This document shows positions 17,793 through 30,000 of a stretch of 64,000 nucleotides of DNA, piece by piece. Source of the DNA: a virus. The translations under genes were made by a program, and so were the position numbers. The number at the start of each line of letters is the position of its first letter. Positions within the stretch are counted from its first letter, which is position 1. The notes beneath the pieces are model-generated. The model was not told the origin of the DNA and made no database searches. It saw only the letters and a program-made list of their open reading frames with translations. The DNA lies in the IMG/VR virus record IMGVR_UViG_3300033146_003479, positions 1 through 64,000 of that record; one strand, given 5' to 3'.

Positions 17793-18292
17793 ACACTCTC
17801 CTTTAAATTATGAATAGATATAATATCTAATAGTTTTGAATCAATGATTTCTTCACTGTTTAAATTAAATGATGTCATAGCACTCATTAAATTATTTTGT
17901 TGCAAATAGAGTAAGAGGGCTTCTGTAATCGACTGTTTCAGTTTTAGATTGGAATGTCGCTTCTTAGTGATAGTTTCAATCAATGCTTCTTTAATTTTAG
18001 GATCAATATAATCTAAATCAACTATAATTGCCATATCAACTTTTTTTGAAATTGCATAGTAGTTATTTAATTCAAGAAGAATAACGGAAAGATAATGTCC
18101 ATCATTACAGAAGATTTGAGATTCTAATTCGCTTTTCGAAACTTTGAGAGTTTTCTTAATTCCTTTAGCACTTTTAACTTTCCTTGTTTTTTCAAGTTCA
18201 GCATTTTGTTTTTTCACTTGAATATGTTCTGCGGTTAATTTAAGATTTTTTAGATTCTTAAATATATCTCGTTTCATTTTAAAATCGTTCAT
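17789..18292 (-). CDS. hypothetical basic protein
   Basis: ATGA overlaps with gp4 and with the next gene. Confidence 0.6.
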   Translation of the reverse strand: MNDFKMKRDIFKNLKNLKLTAEHIQVKKQNAELEKTRKVKSAKGIKKTLKVSKSELESQIFCNDGHYLSVILLELNNYYAISKKVDMAIIVDLDYIDPKIKEALIETITKKRHSNLKLKQSITEALLLYLQQNNLMSAMTSFNLNSEEIIDSKLLDIISIHNLKESV

Positions 18293-18741
18293 CGTAATGC
18301 ATTTAAATGTTTTTCAGTCATAATAATGAATTTCATATCATGCTTTTTTGCAAATTGTTCTGCGGCTTGCCATTTTGCTTGATTGATGATGAACGCTTTC
18401 ACTTTAGTTTTATATGACTTGGACGTTCTTTTCTTAGGCGGTTTAGGGGGAACAGTTTGATCTGAAGGCTTTATCTCAATTAGAGCATTTTTGATTTGAC
18501 CATGTTTATCTTTATATTTTATTAATAAGTCCATGTAGTACTTGTGAATGCGATTATCTAATGGAGATAAATATGGAATAATAACTTCCTCTGAACACCA
18601 ATATAGAATGTCTGGATTCATATCTACCCATTTAAATGCTAATAATTCATAACTACTTCTATAAACTATTGCTTGAGCGTTTCCAATATACTTTTCTGTA
18701 TTTTTGGGATAATATTCTCCCTGTTGCCATTTACCTTTCAT
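18289..18741 (-). CDS. gp4: head completion nuclease (TnsA-like)
   Basis: G.YYPKNTEKYIG..IVYRSSYE..WCSEEVIIPYLSP.D..IHKYYMD..IEIKP..NQAKWQAA. Confidence 0.92.
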   Translation of the reverse strand: MKGKWQQGEYYPKNTEKYIGNAQAIVYRSSYELLAFKWVDMNPDILYWCSEEVIIPYLSPLDNRIHKYYMDLLIKYKDKHGQIKNALIEIKPSDQTVPPKPPKKRTSKSYKTKVKAFIINQAKWQAAEQFAKKHDMKFIIMTEKHLNALR

Positions 18742-18742
18742 T

Positions 18743-19213
18743 TTATTTACCTTTTGTTAAATATGATTGTGCAATAAATGTAGAGATTGCGGCACTGAAT
18801 TCTGGGACAACTTCTTTTATTGCTGATTGAATGCTGGATGTCCAAGTAGGACATATAAACGGAGGAGTAGAACCTATTGGATTTCCACCAGGAGTTGGCA
18901 CATTATATTGAGTCATCGCTAAAGTCTGACTAGTTGTGAATAAATTCTCAATAGTCAATATCAATACTCCAAAATTATCGGTTAATGATTGTTGTATTTG
19001 TTTTTGTTCTTCTGTAGTTAATGTATTTGCCCAATTACTAATGAACATTTTTATTTTACCTGCATATGGAGCATTTGGAGACATATGAATTGCTCCAGTT
19101 GGAATTGATATTTGAGCAACTTCTTGATTCAAATATTCTGAAATTTTATCTATACTTTTACGTCCAAGAGTTTGAATAGTTGTGGATCTCATAAAATCAG
19201 TAATTTTCTTCAT
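18743..19213 (-). CDS. hypothetical baseplate-region protein
   Basis: tightly coupled between gp5 and gp4. Confidence 0.55.
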   Translation of the reverse strand: MKKITDFMRSTTIQTLGRKSIDKISEYLNQEVAQISIPTGAIHMSPNAPYAGKIKMFISNWANTLTTEEQKQIQQSLTDNFGVLILTIENLFTTSQTLAMTQYNVPTPGGNPIGSTPPFICPTWTSSIQSAIKEVVPEFSAAISTFIAQSYLTKGK

Positions 19214-19971
19214 TATTGATCCATATTATCTGGAATTTGTAATTTTGGAGATTCTGTTTGTGGTCGTAATATGGCAGAAATTGATGATATAGTTGGAGCA
19301 ATCCCTGGACCAGTCGGATAACCTAAATTACCATTATGAACATGAGTTTCTATTGCTTTCTCAATACTTTCCATCCATTTACTCAAAAAATTAAAATTCA
19401 CCGCAGATGAGAGTGCTGAGTTTCCCACCTTAACTGTCCCTCCTGCATCAGAAAATATCGTAATATTACCATCAGACTCTAATTTGATATTAACTTTTGC
19501 TGAACCATTAGTTAGTTGAACTGTATCACGATTTAACTCCACTTTATTTTGCCATGTGTCCGTTTTCTCATAATGATCATTATCAACAATAGTTACATTA
19601 TCCCATCTATCTTTAATGACTTTATTTCTTATAACTTTATCGTTCGCTAAACTTTCTGTAATACTATTGGGTTGTTTAAATGTTGAATTTTTATCTTTCT
19701 CAGTTCTAATTATAGCAAAGTAATGTGGTAATTGTTTCAAGGCATCTTCAAAGAATATCCAAACCCAATTGCCAATACTAGGAGTGTCCATATATCCTTT
19801 ATCTCCGCCAACATCTCCAACAGTTATCGGAATACATGGTTCAGCCCATGGTAAACAATTAATTGGAAGTTCGTCAATTTCTTGAGAATGAACTCCTAAA
19901 ATTCGCACTCTTAATCGCTGAAGTTTTTTTGGGTCAGCATCATCTTCAACATACGCTCTATAAAATTCCAT
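19213..19971 (-). CDS. gp5: baseplate central spike, no lysozyme domain
   Basis: OB-fold start FYRAYVED..DP..L.RLRVRILGVH..LPWA; beta-helix-like middle; HVH apex motif. Confidence 0.85.
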   Translation of the reverse strand: MEFYRAYVEDDADPKKLQRLRVRILGVHSQEIDELPINCLPWAEPCIPITVGDVGGDKGYMDTPSIGNWVWIFFEDALKQLPHYFAIIRTEKDKNSTFKQPNSITESLANDKVIRNKVIKDRWDNVTIVDNDHYEKTDTWQNKVELNRDTVQLTNGSAKVNIKLESDGNITIFSDAGGTVKVGNSALSSAVNFNFLSKWMESIEKAIETHVHNGNLGYPTGPGIAPTISSISAILRPQTESPKLQIPDNMDQ

Positions 19972-21294
19972 CTAATTCTCCGTTAAAACATTTATGTTTT
20001 TTTTAGTCTTTAATAATGATTCTTTATTAAAGGTATCATTCATGAAAGATTCATATGAAGTTTTGACTACCTTATATTCACACACACAAGATGTTACTCC
20101 CATCTGTTTAGTTTCACTAGTAGCAGACCAACGAAAGTCAATTTCCATAACAGACCAATTTCCAGTAAGAGCATTGTTATATTCTTCTCCATTCAATTGA
20201 ATCGGCATAAAAAATACATCTCCAACATCTAACATTAAATTTCCTGCCATTGTAAATTCAAAAATATTATTCTTAAACATATTACTATATATATCATATC
20301 GAAATTCATTGACCAAATCTGGGCTATAAGATATGATATCATAAAACGAATTTGGAGCATCTTTTAATATGAGTTCAGTATTATATATTCCATATTTTCC
20401 AGTTGTATATACACTATCTAGTCGTTTCTTATCCAATTTAGTTTCAAACTTCTTCATCTTTTTTGATTTACGATCGAAATATGCATGAGTTGACCCTAAT
20501 TCTCCTGACTTTAAACTTCTAAGAACATCTATTCCAGTTAAACTATCCTCTTTTTCAATCTTCGTCAAGAAAACATCCGATTTTTGTCCACCTTTACTTC
20601 GTTCAATTGCTATAACTGGTTCTTGTTTCATAATTTCCGAAAAAGGAATGAATGAATATCCCTTTCTATTTTGAAAAAACACATAAAAATCACTTAATTC
20701 ACCTTCACTTTCTTTTTTTAATTCATCAATCAACTCTTTTGGATGTAAATTTGGTGAGATGAAATTTTCTCTCTTACTTTTAGTTGGAATAATTGTTATT
20801 TTTTTAGGATCTATTCCTAATTCAGTTTTCATTATATCTTCGACTATATCAGATTGTCTTTTATTACCTAACCATCCTCTTCTAATAGTAGTTTGATTGC
20901 TCTTTAACTGGGCTGGCGAACAAAAGTATATTTCAAATCTATTCTTATTTGCATCCAGTTTAATATCTTTTTTATCTATTATTTTATATCCATAAAAAAC
21001 AAATTCATCCTTATATGTTTCTTCAATTCCATCCTTTGTGTTTTTTGTACTCATACTTATACTTATGAATTCTCCTCCACTTAAAATGAATTTATTGAAA
21101 AATGAACCATCAATATCATTCCACAAAAATGAACCATATGCTAACTTATTTAGCGTGAATGTGAGATGAAAGTTTATCATTTCAGGAGTAAACCTAAAAT
21201 ATTCCTTTCGACTATCATCAAAGAAAACTACCACATCAATAGTAAAACGTTGCTTTAATGATTGCTCTTTAATGTTTGTAAGATTACGTTTCAT
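19972..21294 (-). CDS. baseplate hub protein (gp27-like)
   Basis: next to gp5; YVFFQNRKGYSFIPFSE; F.MAGNLML.VGDV..G.W.V.EI. Confidence 0.65.
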   Translation of the reverse strand: MKRNLTNIKEQSLKQRFTIDVVVFFDDSRKEYFRFTPEMINFHLTFTLNKLAYGSFLWNDIDGSFFNKFILSGGEFISISMSTKNTKDGIEETYKDEFVFYGYKIIDKKDIKLDANKNRFEIYFCSPAQLKSNQTTIRRGWLGNKRQSDIVEDIMKTELGIDPKKITIIPTKSKRENFISPNLHPKELIDELKKESEGELSDFYVFFQNRKGYSFIPFSEIMKQEPVIAIERSKGGQKSDVFLTKIEKEDSLTGIDVLRSLKSGELGSTHAYFDRKSKKMKKFETKLDKKRLDSVYTTGKYGIYNTELILKDAPNSFYDIISYSPDLVNEFRYDIYSNMFKNNIFEFTMAGNLMLDVGDVFFMPIQLNGEEYNNALTGNWSVMEIDFRWSATSETKQMGVTSCVCEYKVVKTSYESFMNDTFNKESLLKTKKNINVLTEN

Positions 21295-21296
21295 TA

Positions 21297-21806
21297 TTAT
21301 TCTCTTTCAAATTCAGATGTTATATTTAAAAATCCACTATGCATTTTACCAATTATCTTTTTTGGAGGTAAATAAATTCGACGTTTAGCATCATTCTCAA
21401 TTTCCAATTGAGTAAATACTCTACCTATCATCCCATCTACAATTGGATCCAACATATCTTTAGGATCATCAGGAGTATACTCTGTCTGCTCTTGTATTTC
21501 CCAGTAATCTTCTGTAACATACTTGATTGCAAAGTTTAATATCTCTTCGTTTGTAATTGGCCAATCATAAAATGGATCCTCTCTGGAATTTAGCATCAGT
21601 ATTAGATACCAATAATCATATGAATCATAGAAATAAAACGACACATCTTCTGGAGTATCACCATCCTTAATGATATATGATTCATACACATTCAAGTTTT
21701 GACGATAGGTTTGAAAATAAAAACTTGTCTTATGATATAAATCTCTAATCATTATAGGATTCTTGCTATCAATATCATACACAAACGTTGGATAATTCTT
21801 AAACAT
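21297..21806 (-). CDS. gp53: baseplate wedge LysM protein
   Basis: YIIKDGDTPEDVSF.FYDS..YWYLILMLN..DPFYDWP. Confidence 0.9.
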   Translation of the reverse strand: MFKNYPTFVYDIDSKNPIMIRDLYHKTSFYFQTYRQNLNVYESYIIKDGDTPEDVSFYFYDSYDYWYLILMLNSREDPFYDWPITNEEILNFAIKYVTEDYWEIQEQTEYTPDDPKDMLDPIVDGMIGRVFTQLEIENDAKRRIYLPPKKIIGKMHSGFLNITSEFERE

Positions 21807-21817
21807 AATGTCTCCTA

Positions 21818-23251
21818 TTACACATATGGATTTTCAAATAAACTTTTTCCTGTTTCCAATTCATTTTTCATCATAGTGATTTCCAATGTTGCTCCTATTG
21901 GAACTCCATCTTCATTTAACATAACTGAGTCTTCATTGAAATCATATTTAACATTAAATTCCATTAAATAATACTCTCGCAAAGGCATTATTTCAGTTGT
22001 ATCATATGTTATTTTTGATTCGGCAGTGTTCATAAATGAACTCATCGCTCTCATTGTAATAATTGGAGGCATATGAAAAAATAAATCTTTATCTTCAAAT
22101 GTTGGCACAGAAAGTGATGAGAAAAATGAAATTATATAAGTTATGTGTCGATGCTCTTCAGGCGTTCTTGGAATAAGTGTCCATTGAAGAGTTTTAGTCT
22201 CTAGATCTGGACTCTTCAATCTAGGCTTTTTGAATTCTCGCATCGTTTGACCTGAAGCCTTCTTATATGTATCCATTGCTGTGCCGACCATACCTTTCAT
22301 CTTAAATGCATCTTCTGAAAATCCTTTCATGAGATTTGTAAATATATTCGTTGTAACGTTTGCTGTATTTTGAATTCCTGAATTTCTTTTAATTTCCAAT
22401 CTATTCATTGGCAAATAAATATTAGCCGTTAACCCGGCTTGACCGTCAAATTGACTTTGAGGATTAATACTTGCAACTTTTTTCAATGCATCTCCAACTA
22501 AAGTTAAAATATCTTCCAAAATAACCTTTGCTGATTGTTGAGTTATTTTTGAACTTGTAGCCTTTTTCATTATCTTTTTCTGAGTTTCAGTAAACGATTC
22601 ACCCAAACTGCCTAATTTAGCAGAAACATTCTTAACTACGTTATTAAATAAATTTTTATATCCATCTTTTGCTATATCTTCAGTTAATTCTTTTAGTCCT
22701 TGATGAATGATATTTATGATAGTATTTTTAAATTGAGGATAATACTTGATCTGAAACACATATGCTCCATATTTTTCAAGATCAGATAATTGATGTACGC
22801 TATGAACTCCTTCTCTCTCACTCATCTTATCGAAAGTGTGGGGATACCATAAATGTAATTCTTTATCTGAATTTGCCGTCGAGTAATTAAAGTACCACTC
22901 TCTATTGGTGCTATTTATATCAGCATTAGAACTTAATTTATTTTCTGAATCTCGTAAATTATTCAAAATATTCGAATATGAAAACTCATTTTGTTTAATA
23001 TCATAACTGATTTCCATTCCCTTGAGTATTTCTGAACTTCTAGTAATATCTTCTCCTGCAATGGAAGCCTTATATTTAGTGTTCATCATCTCTTGATTTG
23101 TCATAAAAGTATTATAATCCTTTACTTCAGAACTACTACTAGCCCGCTCTAAGGCTCGTTCATCTGCTTCTTTTTTTATATCAACTCGCTTCTTTTGAAT
23201 TTCTTTTTGCATTTCTTTTTGGTTAGCAAATGCACTTTTCTCTTCGCTCAT
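21818..23251 (-). CDS. gp48: baseplate tail-tube cap
   Basis: NIYLP; TLQWTLIPRTPEE..I..II.FF..P..P. Confidence 0.7.
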   Translation of the reverse strand: MSEEKSAFANQKEMQKEIQKKRVDIKKEADERALERASSSSEVKDYNTFMTNQEMMNTKYKASIAGEDITRSSEILKGMEISYDIKQNEFSYSNILNNLRDSENKLSSNADINSTNREWYFNYSTANSDKELHLWYPHTFDKMSEREGVHSVHQLSDLEKYGAYVFQIKYYPQFKNTIINIIHQGLKELTEDIAKDGYKNLFNNVVKNVSAKLGSLGESFTETQKKIMKKATSSKITQQSAKVILEDILTLVGDALKKVASINPQSQFDGQAGLTANIYLPMNRLEIKRNSGIQNTANVTTNIFTNLMKGFSEDAFKMKGMVGTAMDTYKKASGQTMREFKKPRLKSPDLETKTLQWTLIPRTPEEHRHITYIISFFSSLSVPTFEDKDLFFHMPPIITMRAMSSFMNTAESKITYDTTEIMPLREYYLMEFNVKYDFNEDSVMLNEDGVPIGATLEITMMKNELETGKSLFENPYV

Positions 23252-23266
23252 GTTTTTTGACTCCTC

Positions 23267-24016
23267 TTATACTAAATAGTAATCATATTGAGCGATATTT
23301 TTAATATCATCTTCAATATGTTGTCCGATAGAATTAATTAAATTCACACGATCAATAATTTCAATTTCTTCGATTTCAGCATCATCAGTTTCAACTTCCT
23401 CGAAATGCCCATGAATCACTAAAATTAAATTATCAGAACGTCTCTCAAATCGCAAAATTGAAGTTTCAAATGGATGAATTGTTACTCCATTTAATGAAAT
23501 TAATCCTTTATTTGCTATCGGAAATTCAGGATCAGTTTTATCTAACATTGTTGCTTGATAAAGATATTGCTCATCTTCGGCAAAATACCCTAAATATTTT
23601 ACAGCATCGACTCCTTCGGAATAAATTGAGTTCCCATTTATATCATGGAAATGTAAAATATCAAATTTAAAATCATCTTCATCAGGATCAGGATTCAACA
23701 AAACTAACTCCGTGGTGACAATAAAGTACTTGTGAAGATGTTTCTCTAATAATTCTATTTTCTTAAACATCGTTGGGAAAATGAAATCTCTAGTTATGGG
23801 GTTAAAAACTCCATAACTAGATCCCTGTCGAACTAAAATATAAGGTCGACGTTGAAAAACACTTCCTCCTAACCCGATGAGTTCCACTGAATCATAAATA
23901 AATCCTGATGTAAATTCTTGCTCTCCTTCGTCATTAAATAATTTAATGCAATATAACTCATCTTTACACAAGAAACGAATATTTTTCTTTACATTTCCAA
24001 TATTGTTAAAATTCAT
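23267..24016 (-). CDS. hypothetical beta-repeat (WG-repeat-like) protein
   Basis: V..G..YGVFN....IFP..F..I and KGLISLNG..IHP motifs. Confidence 0.45.
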   Translation of the reverse strand: MNFNNIGNVKKNIRFLCKDELYCIKLFNDEGEQEFTSGFIYDSVELIGLGGSVFQRRPYILVRQGSSYGVFNPITRDFIFPTMFKKIELLEKHLHKYFIVTTELVLLNPDPDEDDFKFDILHFHDINGNSIYSEGVDAVKYLGYFAEDEQYLYQATMLDKTDPEFPIANKGLISLNGVTIHPFETSILRFERRSDNLILVIHGHFEEVETDDAEIEEIEIIDRVNLINSIGQHIEDDIKNIAQYDYYLV

Positions 24017-24024
24017 AATTACTC

Positions 24025-27000
24025 CTAAAATGAAAAGTCAACAAATTGCATTGATGTGCTATTAAATTTAGACATGGAACTTGTAACATTGGACGTTAAA
24101 AAATTCGTTTTTCCAAAATTTAAACCACCAACAACATTAATTGTTTGTTTAGCAAATGAAAAATTGTAAATAAATGGATTTATAAATTTAAATAAATTCA
24201 AAGTTCCAAACACTGGAATATAAAGAAGGTTACTTACTACTTTTTCTTGATTATCAACTAACATATCTGAAGATAAGGATATATTTTTTATCGATATTGT
24301 CTTATGTTTATTTTGTTCACCCTCAATCACTGGCAATTTAATATCTGCTATAATACTTTTATGTTTTTCGAAATCTTTTCCGCAAAACTCAAAAACTTGA
24401 CGATACATATTGTCACCTATCTTTTGCACATAATATATCTGACCAAATAAGTTCATTTGAGTTTCTGAATTCTTTCCATAACTCATTCTATCACCAAACC
24501 ACAATGAACCATCAGCATTGCAAATCAATTGTTCTCCTAAGAAGATTGGTAAAGTAATAGGTCTTAATATTGGAAATAATGCAAATGTTGGTAATGTAAA
24601 TAATCCTCCTGAAGTCTGTTTTGCTACTGTTTTTGGGGTTTCATATTTTTGTTCAGTGGTAGTATATTTGATATATTTATCTATAATATTACCATCATCA
24701 CCATCTCTAAATATAACTGGAATACCTTTAAAATCATTAATATTATACTCATAAGTATTTAAATTAGGTAAATAATAGTCTATTGCAATTCTATATAATT
24801 GAGAAAAAGAACTCATGTCCTTTTGAATAACTGAGTCCGTCATGACTAAATCAGAATATGACATTTTATGTTTGATATTGCTAATTTTCAATTTTGCACT
24901 ATATGTTTTCATATCATGAGTTTCTCCTAACCACGAAAATGTCTCAGTCTTACTCTGAAATGTTTTAAAATGCAGGTTAGAAACACTTCTAATGATAGGA
25001 GATAAATTCACATCATTAGTTTTAATAACACTTTTAAATACTATTTGTTCTTGAGTTTCGTCAAACGAAATTTCATCATTAAGGAAACATTCAAACCACA
25101 ATTTAGTTTCACTAGTGACATCTTTCTTATCTATACTATAAAAATATTGAACTGAGCAACCTGCCACAGCATAATCTTCACCAACAATCATAATTCTATC
25201 AAATGGCTCTTTGAATGATGATGAATTTGGATCACTATGATATGCCCAATGTGGAGAATATATCTCAACGCTCTCTTTATATAATTCTGAATAGTTATCT
25301 ACAGACAAATCAATCTTCAATATTCTATTATTATAAGTAGTATCATTAACTATTAATTTACTATCAAAATTTGATGGATAAGAAACTTGAGTTTGAGTTG
25401 CTGATATATCATATGATCCATTCTCAATGAAATACAATTCTACTTCTGCACTATCTGAAATTACACTTCGTTCTTTTAATAATCCTATGAAAAATTGTGA
25501 GCCTTTTGGGATATGAATAGGAGTTTCCAACTCAATGTGAACATTTTCATTATTAATCATTACTACACTATCACTATCATCATTCTTAAATCGAACTAGT
25601 TCGGTATGAACAATGCTATTTTTTGTCATTTTACCATCAATTAAGAAACCCAAATAAAAAGCAATTCTACCTTCATAATGTCTTAAACTATCATATGTGA
25701 ATTTCATTCCAACATCAAATGATCTCAACATATGAGATTCATTAAATTGATAAACTTGATATATGTTTGGTAAATAGGTCTTCCAATATTCATCTTTCAA
25801 TATATCCAAAAACTCATATTCATTTAATTCATTTTGAGGATCTCTTAATTTCTCATAATGAAGTGTCGCTACTGATTTAAGTGAATTGGGCACAGAAGGT
25901 CCCAATTCACTTGATAAAAATGGAATATCATATGTCTGAAAAAGTAATGGACGATTTATTTGTTTAAAAATAAAATCATATTCGTCATTAAATGATCCAA
26001 AAGATGATGCATTTTTTACTTTTGTTAAGCATCTATCTATTTGCCAGCCCATTGCATTTGTAGTATCGTGATCTATGAAGGAATTATCTTCATTTAATGA
26101 TACATTTCGTCCATTCATCATTCCAACGGAATAAATTCCATCAATTAAATATAAACAAGAATCAGTAAATTTATTAATCATTGGCATATACTGATCTTGA
26201 TCGCCAATATGATGACTATACAATTTCATTGGAGAAAAATGAAAATTATCAATACTCAATGCTGTAAAATTATCATAAGATGAATTATTGTAAAAATTCG
26301 GAATAGATAACTCTTCATTTTGAATTTGATGAAACGCTTTTATATTAGATTGATTTTCTGATTGATCAATTATTTTATTTATTGGACAAACTCTTGGAGT
26401 CAAAAATAATCGATTGTAATTGAACAATTTTAAATTAGTCTGAATAGGAGACACTTTGCTATTAAATAGATAATTAAATTCGTCTCCTTTTTGATAAATA
26501 TTCTTTGAAGATATTGAAAACAATTCTTCATCTATAAAATGACTATCTTTCAACGATATTTTATGATTAACCGAGTTATCTAATTCCATAACATCATATA
26601 ACAACACAGTATTAATATCTTTCTTATTAACTGCATCTGAATTGAACTGTAAATCAAATTCATTCAACATCAATGTCTTATTACTAATAGTATTATAATT
26701 GAAATCAAAACTTCCAGTCTTAAACTTCAATGTCTCAACTATCTTTGTGGATGATGATGTCGGTTTCAATGTAAAAAACACATCATCAGCATCGCTTTGG
26801 AAATTATCATTAATTAGCCACGTAAGACGTTTTGTTTCAATTGTCTTCGCTTTTGGGGAAAAGTCATTATTATGCAAATTAATTGTTGGGATACTATTCT
26901 CTCCCAAACTAGAATCATATTGCCACATCATGGAAGACATTTCATCATTGTCATCACCAAATGTAAATTCACTATCCTCAATATACTGATTAGTTAATAA

Positions 27001-30000
27001 CGAATCATATACATTATATGTCTTTGGATTCATAAATGTTTGAGTTCTCTTATAGTGTTCATGTTCAACAACTACAGGCATCATTACATAAAATCGATTC
27101 ATTTCAGTTTCACTTAAAAACACATTCACACTATCTGATAATAATAAAGTATTAGAGTCTAGTATACTAGATATCATATATGACCAATATGTTTCAGTGT
27201 CATCATCATACACTTTGATGATATTGCCACTTTTTAATTCAGAATAAACATCTACGTCAGTAACCGTCACTGTTTTATTAAATGTCGCTGGTTGTCCCCA
27301 TGAATCTATCTTTGGGAAAAACGCAATTCCAAAATTATCAGGGTTATCAATTGTCATTTGAGAAACATTCCTTGAAAAATCCACTGTCCAAGTCTGATAT
27401 TGAGGACTCGCACCTATCGAAGGAATAGTCTCGATATCTATTAATTCTCCATATATCGTTGTGCTACTCCCTAGATTCCAAACACTTATTATCATATTAT
27501 TCTTAAATTTATCAAATGTTTGTCCCGATGAACAAATTAAAATATCATCAATATAATAATCATAAGATGTATATGGAAAATCAAAAGCACCACCGGTCTG
27601 AGATGCCTTAATATCAAATGAGAACGTGTTATTAGTTTTCATAATCTGTAAATTAGACAGGCTTATAAAACATTCATAATTACTGGAACTCAATTGCGTA
27701 AACATTTTAGATTCAATCGTTCCCTTCTCTATGTATTGATAATCACCAACCACTTTATCGTTATTTGAAGTAATATGTCCATCTCTACGATTATATTCAT
27801 GAATTCGCATCAAATCTGTCATTTGCTTATTACTATCAATCTTTTTATTCATTTGATAATTTTCAATTTTCTCAAACACATCTTCATTGAAATTCTTAAA
27901 GTATTTTGATAATCCTATGAAATTTAATGACTTTCCATATACTGAATCATCATAAACTGGAGGATTAATAATTGAACCTAAATATAACTTTTCATTATCA
28001 AAAATTGGAGCAAAATCAGACACAAATGTGTGATGTCCGGTTAGTGTCTCGATGTCTCCATCATCATTGAGATATATGTTCACCATTTCGGGCAACAATA
28101 TATCATACAAGAACGTTTGATATCCTTTAATCTCTATAGATTGATTTTCTATTTCTGATGAATCAACATATATGATCGCTTTATGAGAATAATCGCAAAC
28201 TTTTCCCTCGGTCTCTGTGATCCAAGTGTTAGTTCCATCTTCTATTAACCTATTATGTTGTTCGAATCGCTCTTTAACTATAATAAACGGCTTATGAAAC
28301 TCACTATTCAAACTTTTTGCTTGAAAATATTGATTTTCCGAATCAATATTTGCATGTGAATTGCTAGGATTATTAAACGGAGCACTTATTATAACATCAT
28401 TTTTACTTTCAATCTCTTTATATACGGACAATTTAATCGCATCTCCTGTCGATAAAGAGATAATCGTATCTGAATCATATAACTTTTTAGTTTCTGGATT
28501 TATATTATTCTCATATTTTTGCCAAAATTGTCCACCATCTTGATATGCATATAGTTGTTGTTTTATTAATTGATGCTCAATATAATCATCGGAATTCCCA
28601 AACATTAAATTGTTATATTTATATTCTGAAGATGGTTCAGAATATGTATTGAAAAAATAATTAAAAGATGCCTGCTCATTCACTAACGGATAACATGTCC
28701 AAATACAATGATTATCCACATATTGTTCTCCAGGGCGTTTTCCCCAAACTTCAGGATAAAATCCATTGATAGTTGTTTGTCCCGATGTGGTTACAATATA
28801 TTTCACAGGGGCTTCAGCCTTCGGATGATGAACTGGAATATATGTGGTCCCTTTAGAAGCATGAACTCCTGGATTATATTTAGTAATAAATGAATCATTC
28901 TTTGATGATGTTCTAAGCCATACGTCCCCTCCGAGAGGATCTATAAAATCATTAAATGAACAATCCTCAAATAATGGTCTATCAGGAGTGTCACCATCAA
29001 CAGTTTTAATAAAACACTCTTGGTAATGATTACGAAAACATCTCCAGTAATTATATACGGAGTCATGACTCGAATTAGCAATGGGACTTTGAGAATTATT
29101 ATCCACTGTGCTCATATAACAATTCACATCATCGTCTGACATTGTAACTATTGAGCCTTTATCGTAAGATGTACCTGATAAATACTTTTCTTCGCAATTA
29201 ACATAAATAATAGATTGTGTAGGCAACTCATTTACAGCGTTCCAATCATTGGCACCATTTGTTACCAAATACACATCGTCTTCGTCGATCACTTGGCATG
29301 TCCAAATTATTTCTCCATCAACGATTGAATCTCCAGGATTATCATTAATTGGATCAAAAGGAGTATTCGCTCCACTCGTACCTCCGTTATTTTGAGTATA
29401 TTGTTTAAAATTTTCAGGAGAATAAAATATAATATTCTGTTGATATTCATGGTCTGCCATCCAAGCATTCATATTATTAACATAAGTGGATTTCAAATAA
29501 TTCCGTTCTTGATTTAACACACTATTAAATTGAAGAGCCATACTCATTTTTGGAGTCCAATGATAAAATTGGACTCCTAGTCCTTGCTGTAATTGAATAG
29601 GAGTCGAACTAACAGACTTATCGTAAATAGACAATAATTTAGATCCTGCTACTGACCCAATATTTGATTCCGAAATACACGCTCCTATTCCTGTACTAAC
29701 TATAGGAAATTGACACTGAGAAACATATTCTTCTGAATTATATTGTAATGCCATTCCCGTTTTTATCTTATAATTATCCTTTGAATTATCTAAAATTGAA
29801 TGATTATGTTCTATGAAAAATGCTTCTTTTGATTTAATAGCCCAATCTACTGTTAAATCAGTAGCAGTTAAGTCTGACGTATTTAATATCAATTGAAATG
29901 ATTGAAATACATCGTCTATATTATAGTCCACATTATTCAATGATAACACTGAATTCGGCATATAATTTTTATGAGAAAGAACTTCATTTTTTGGAGAATA

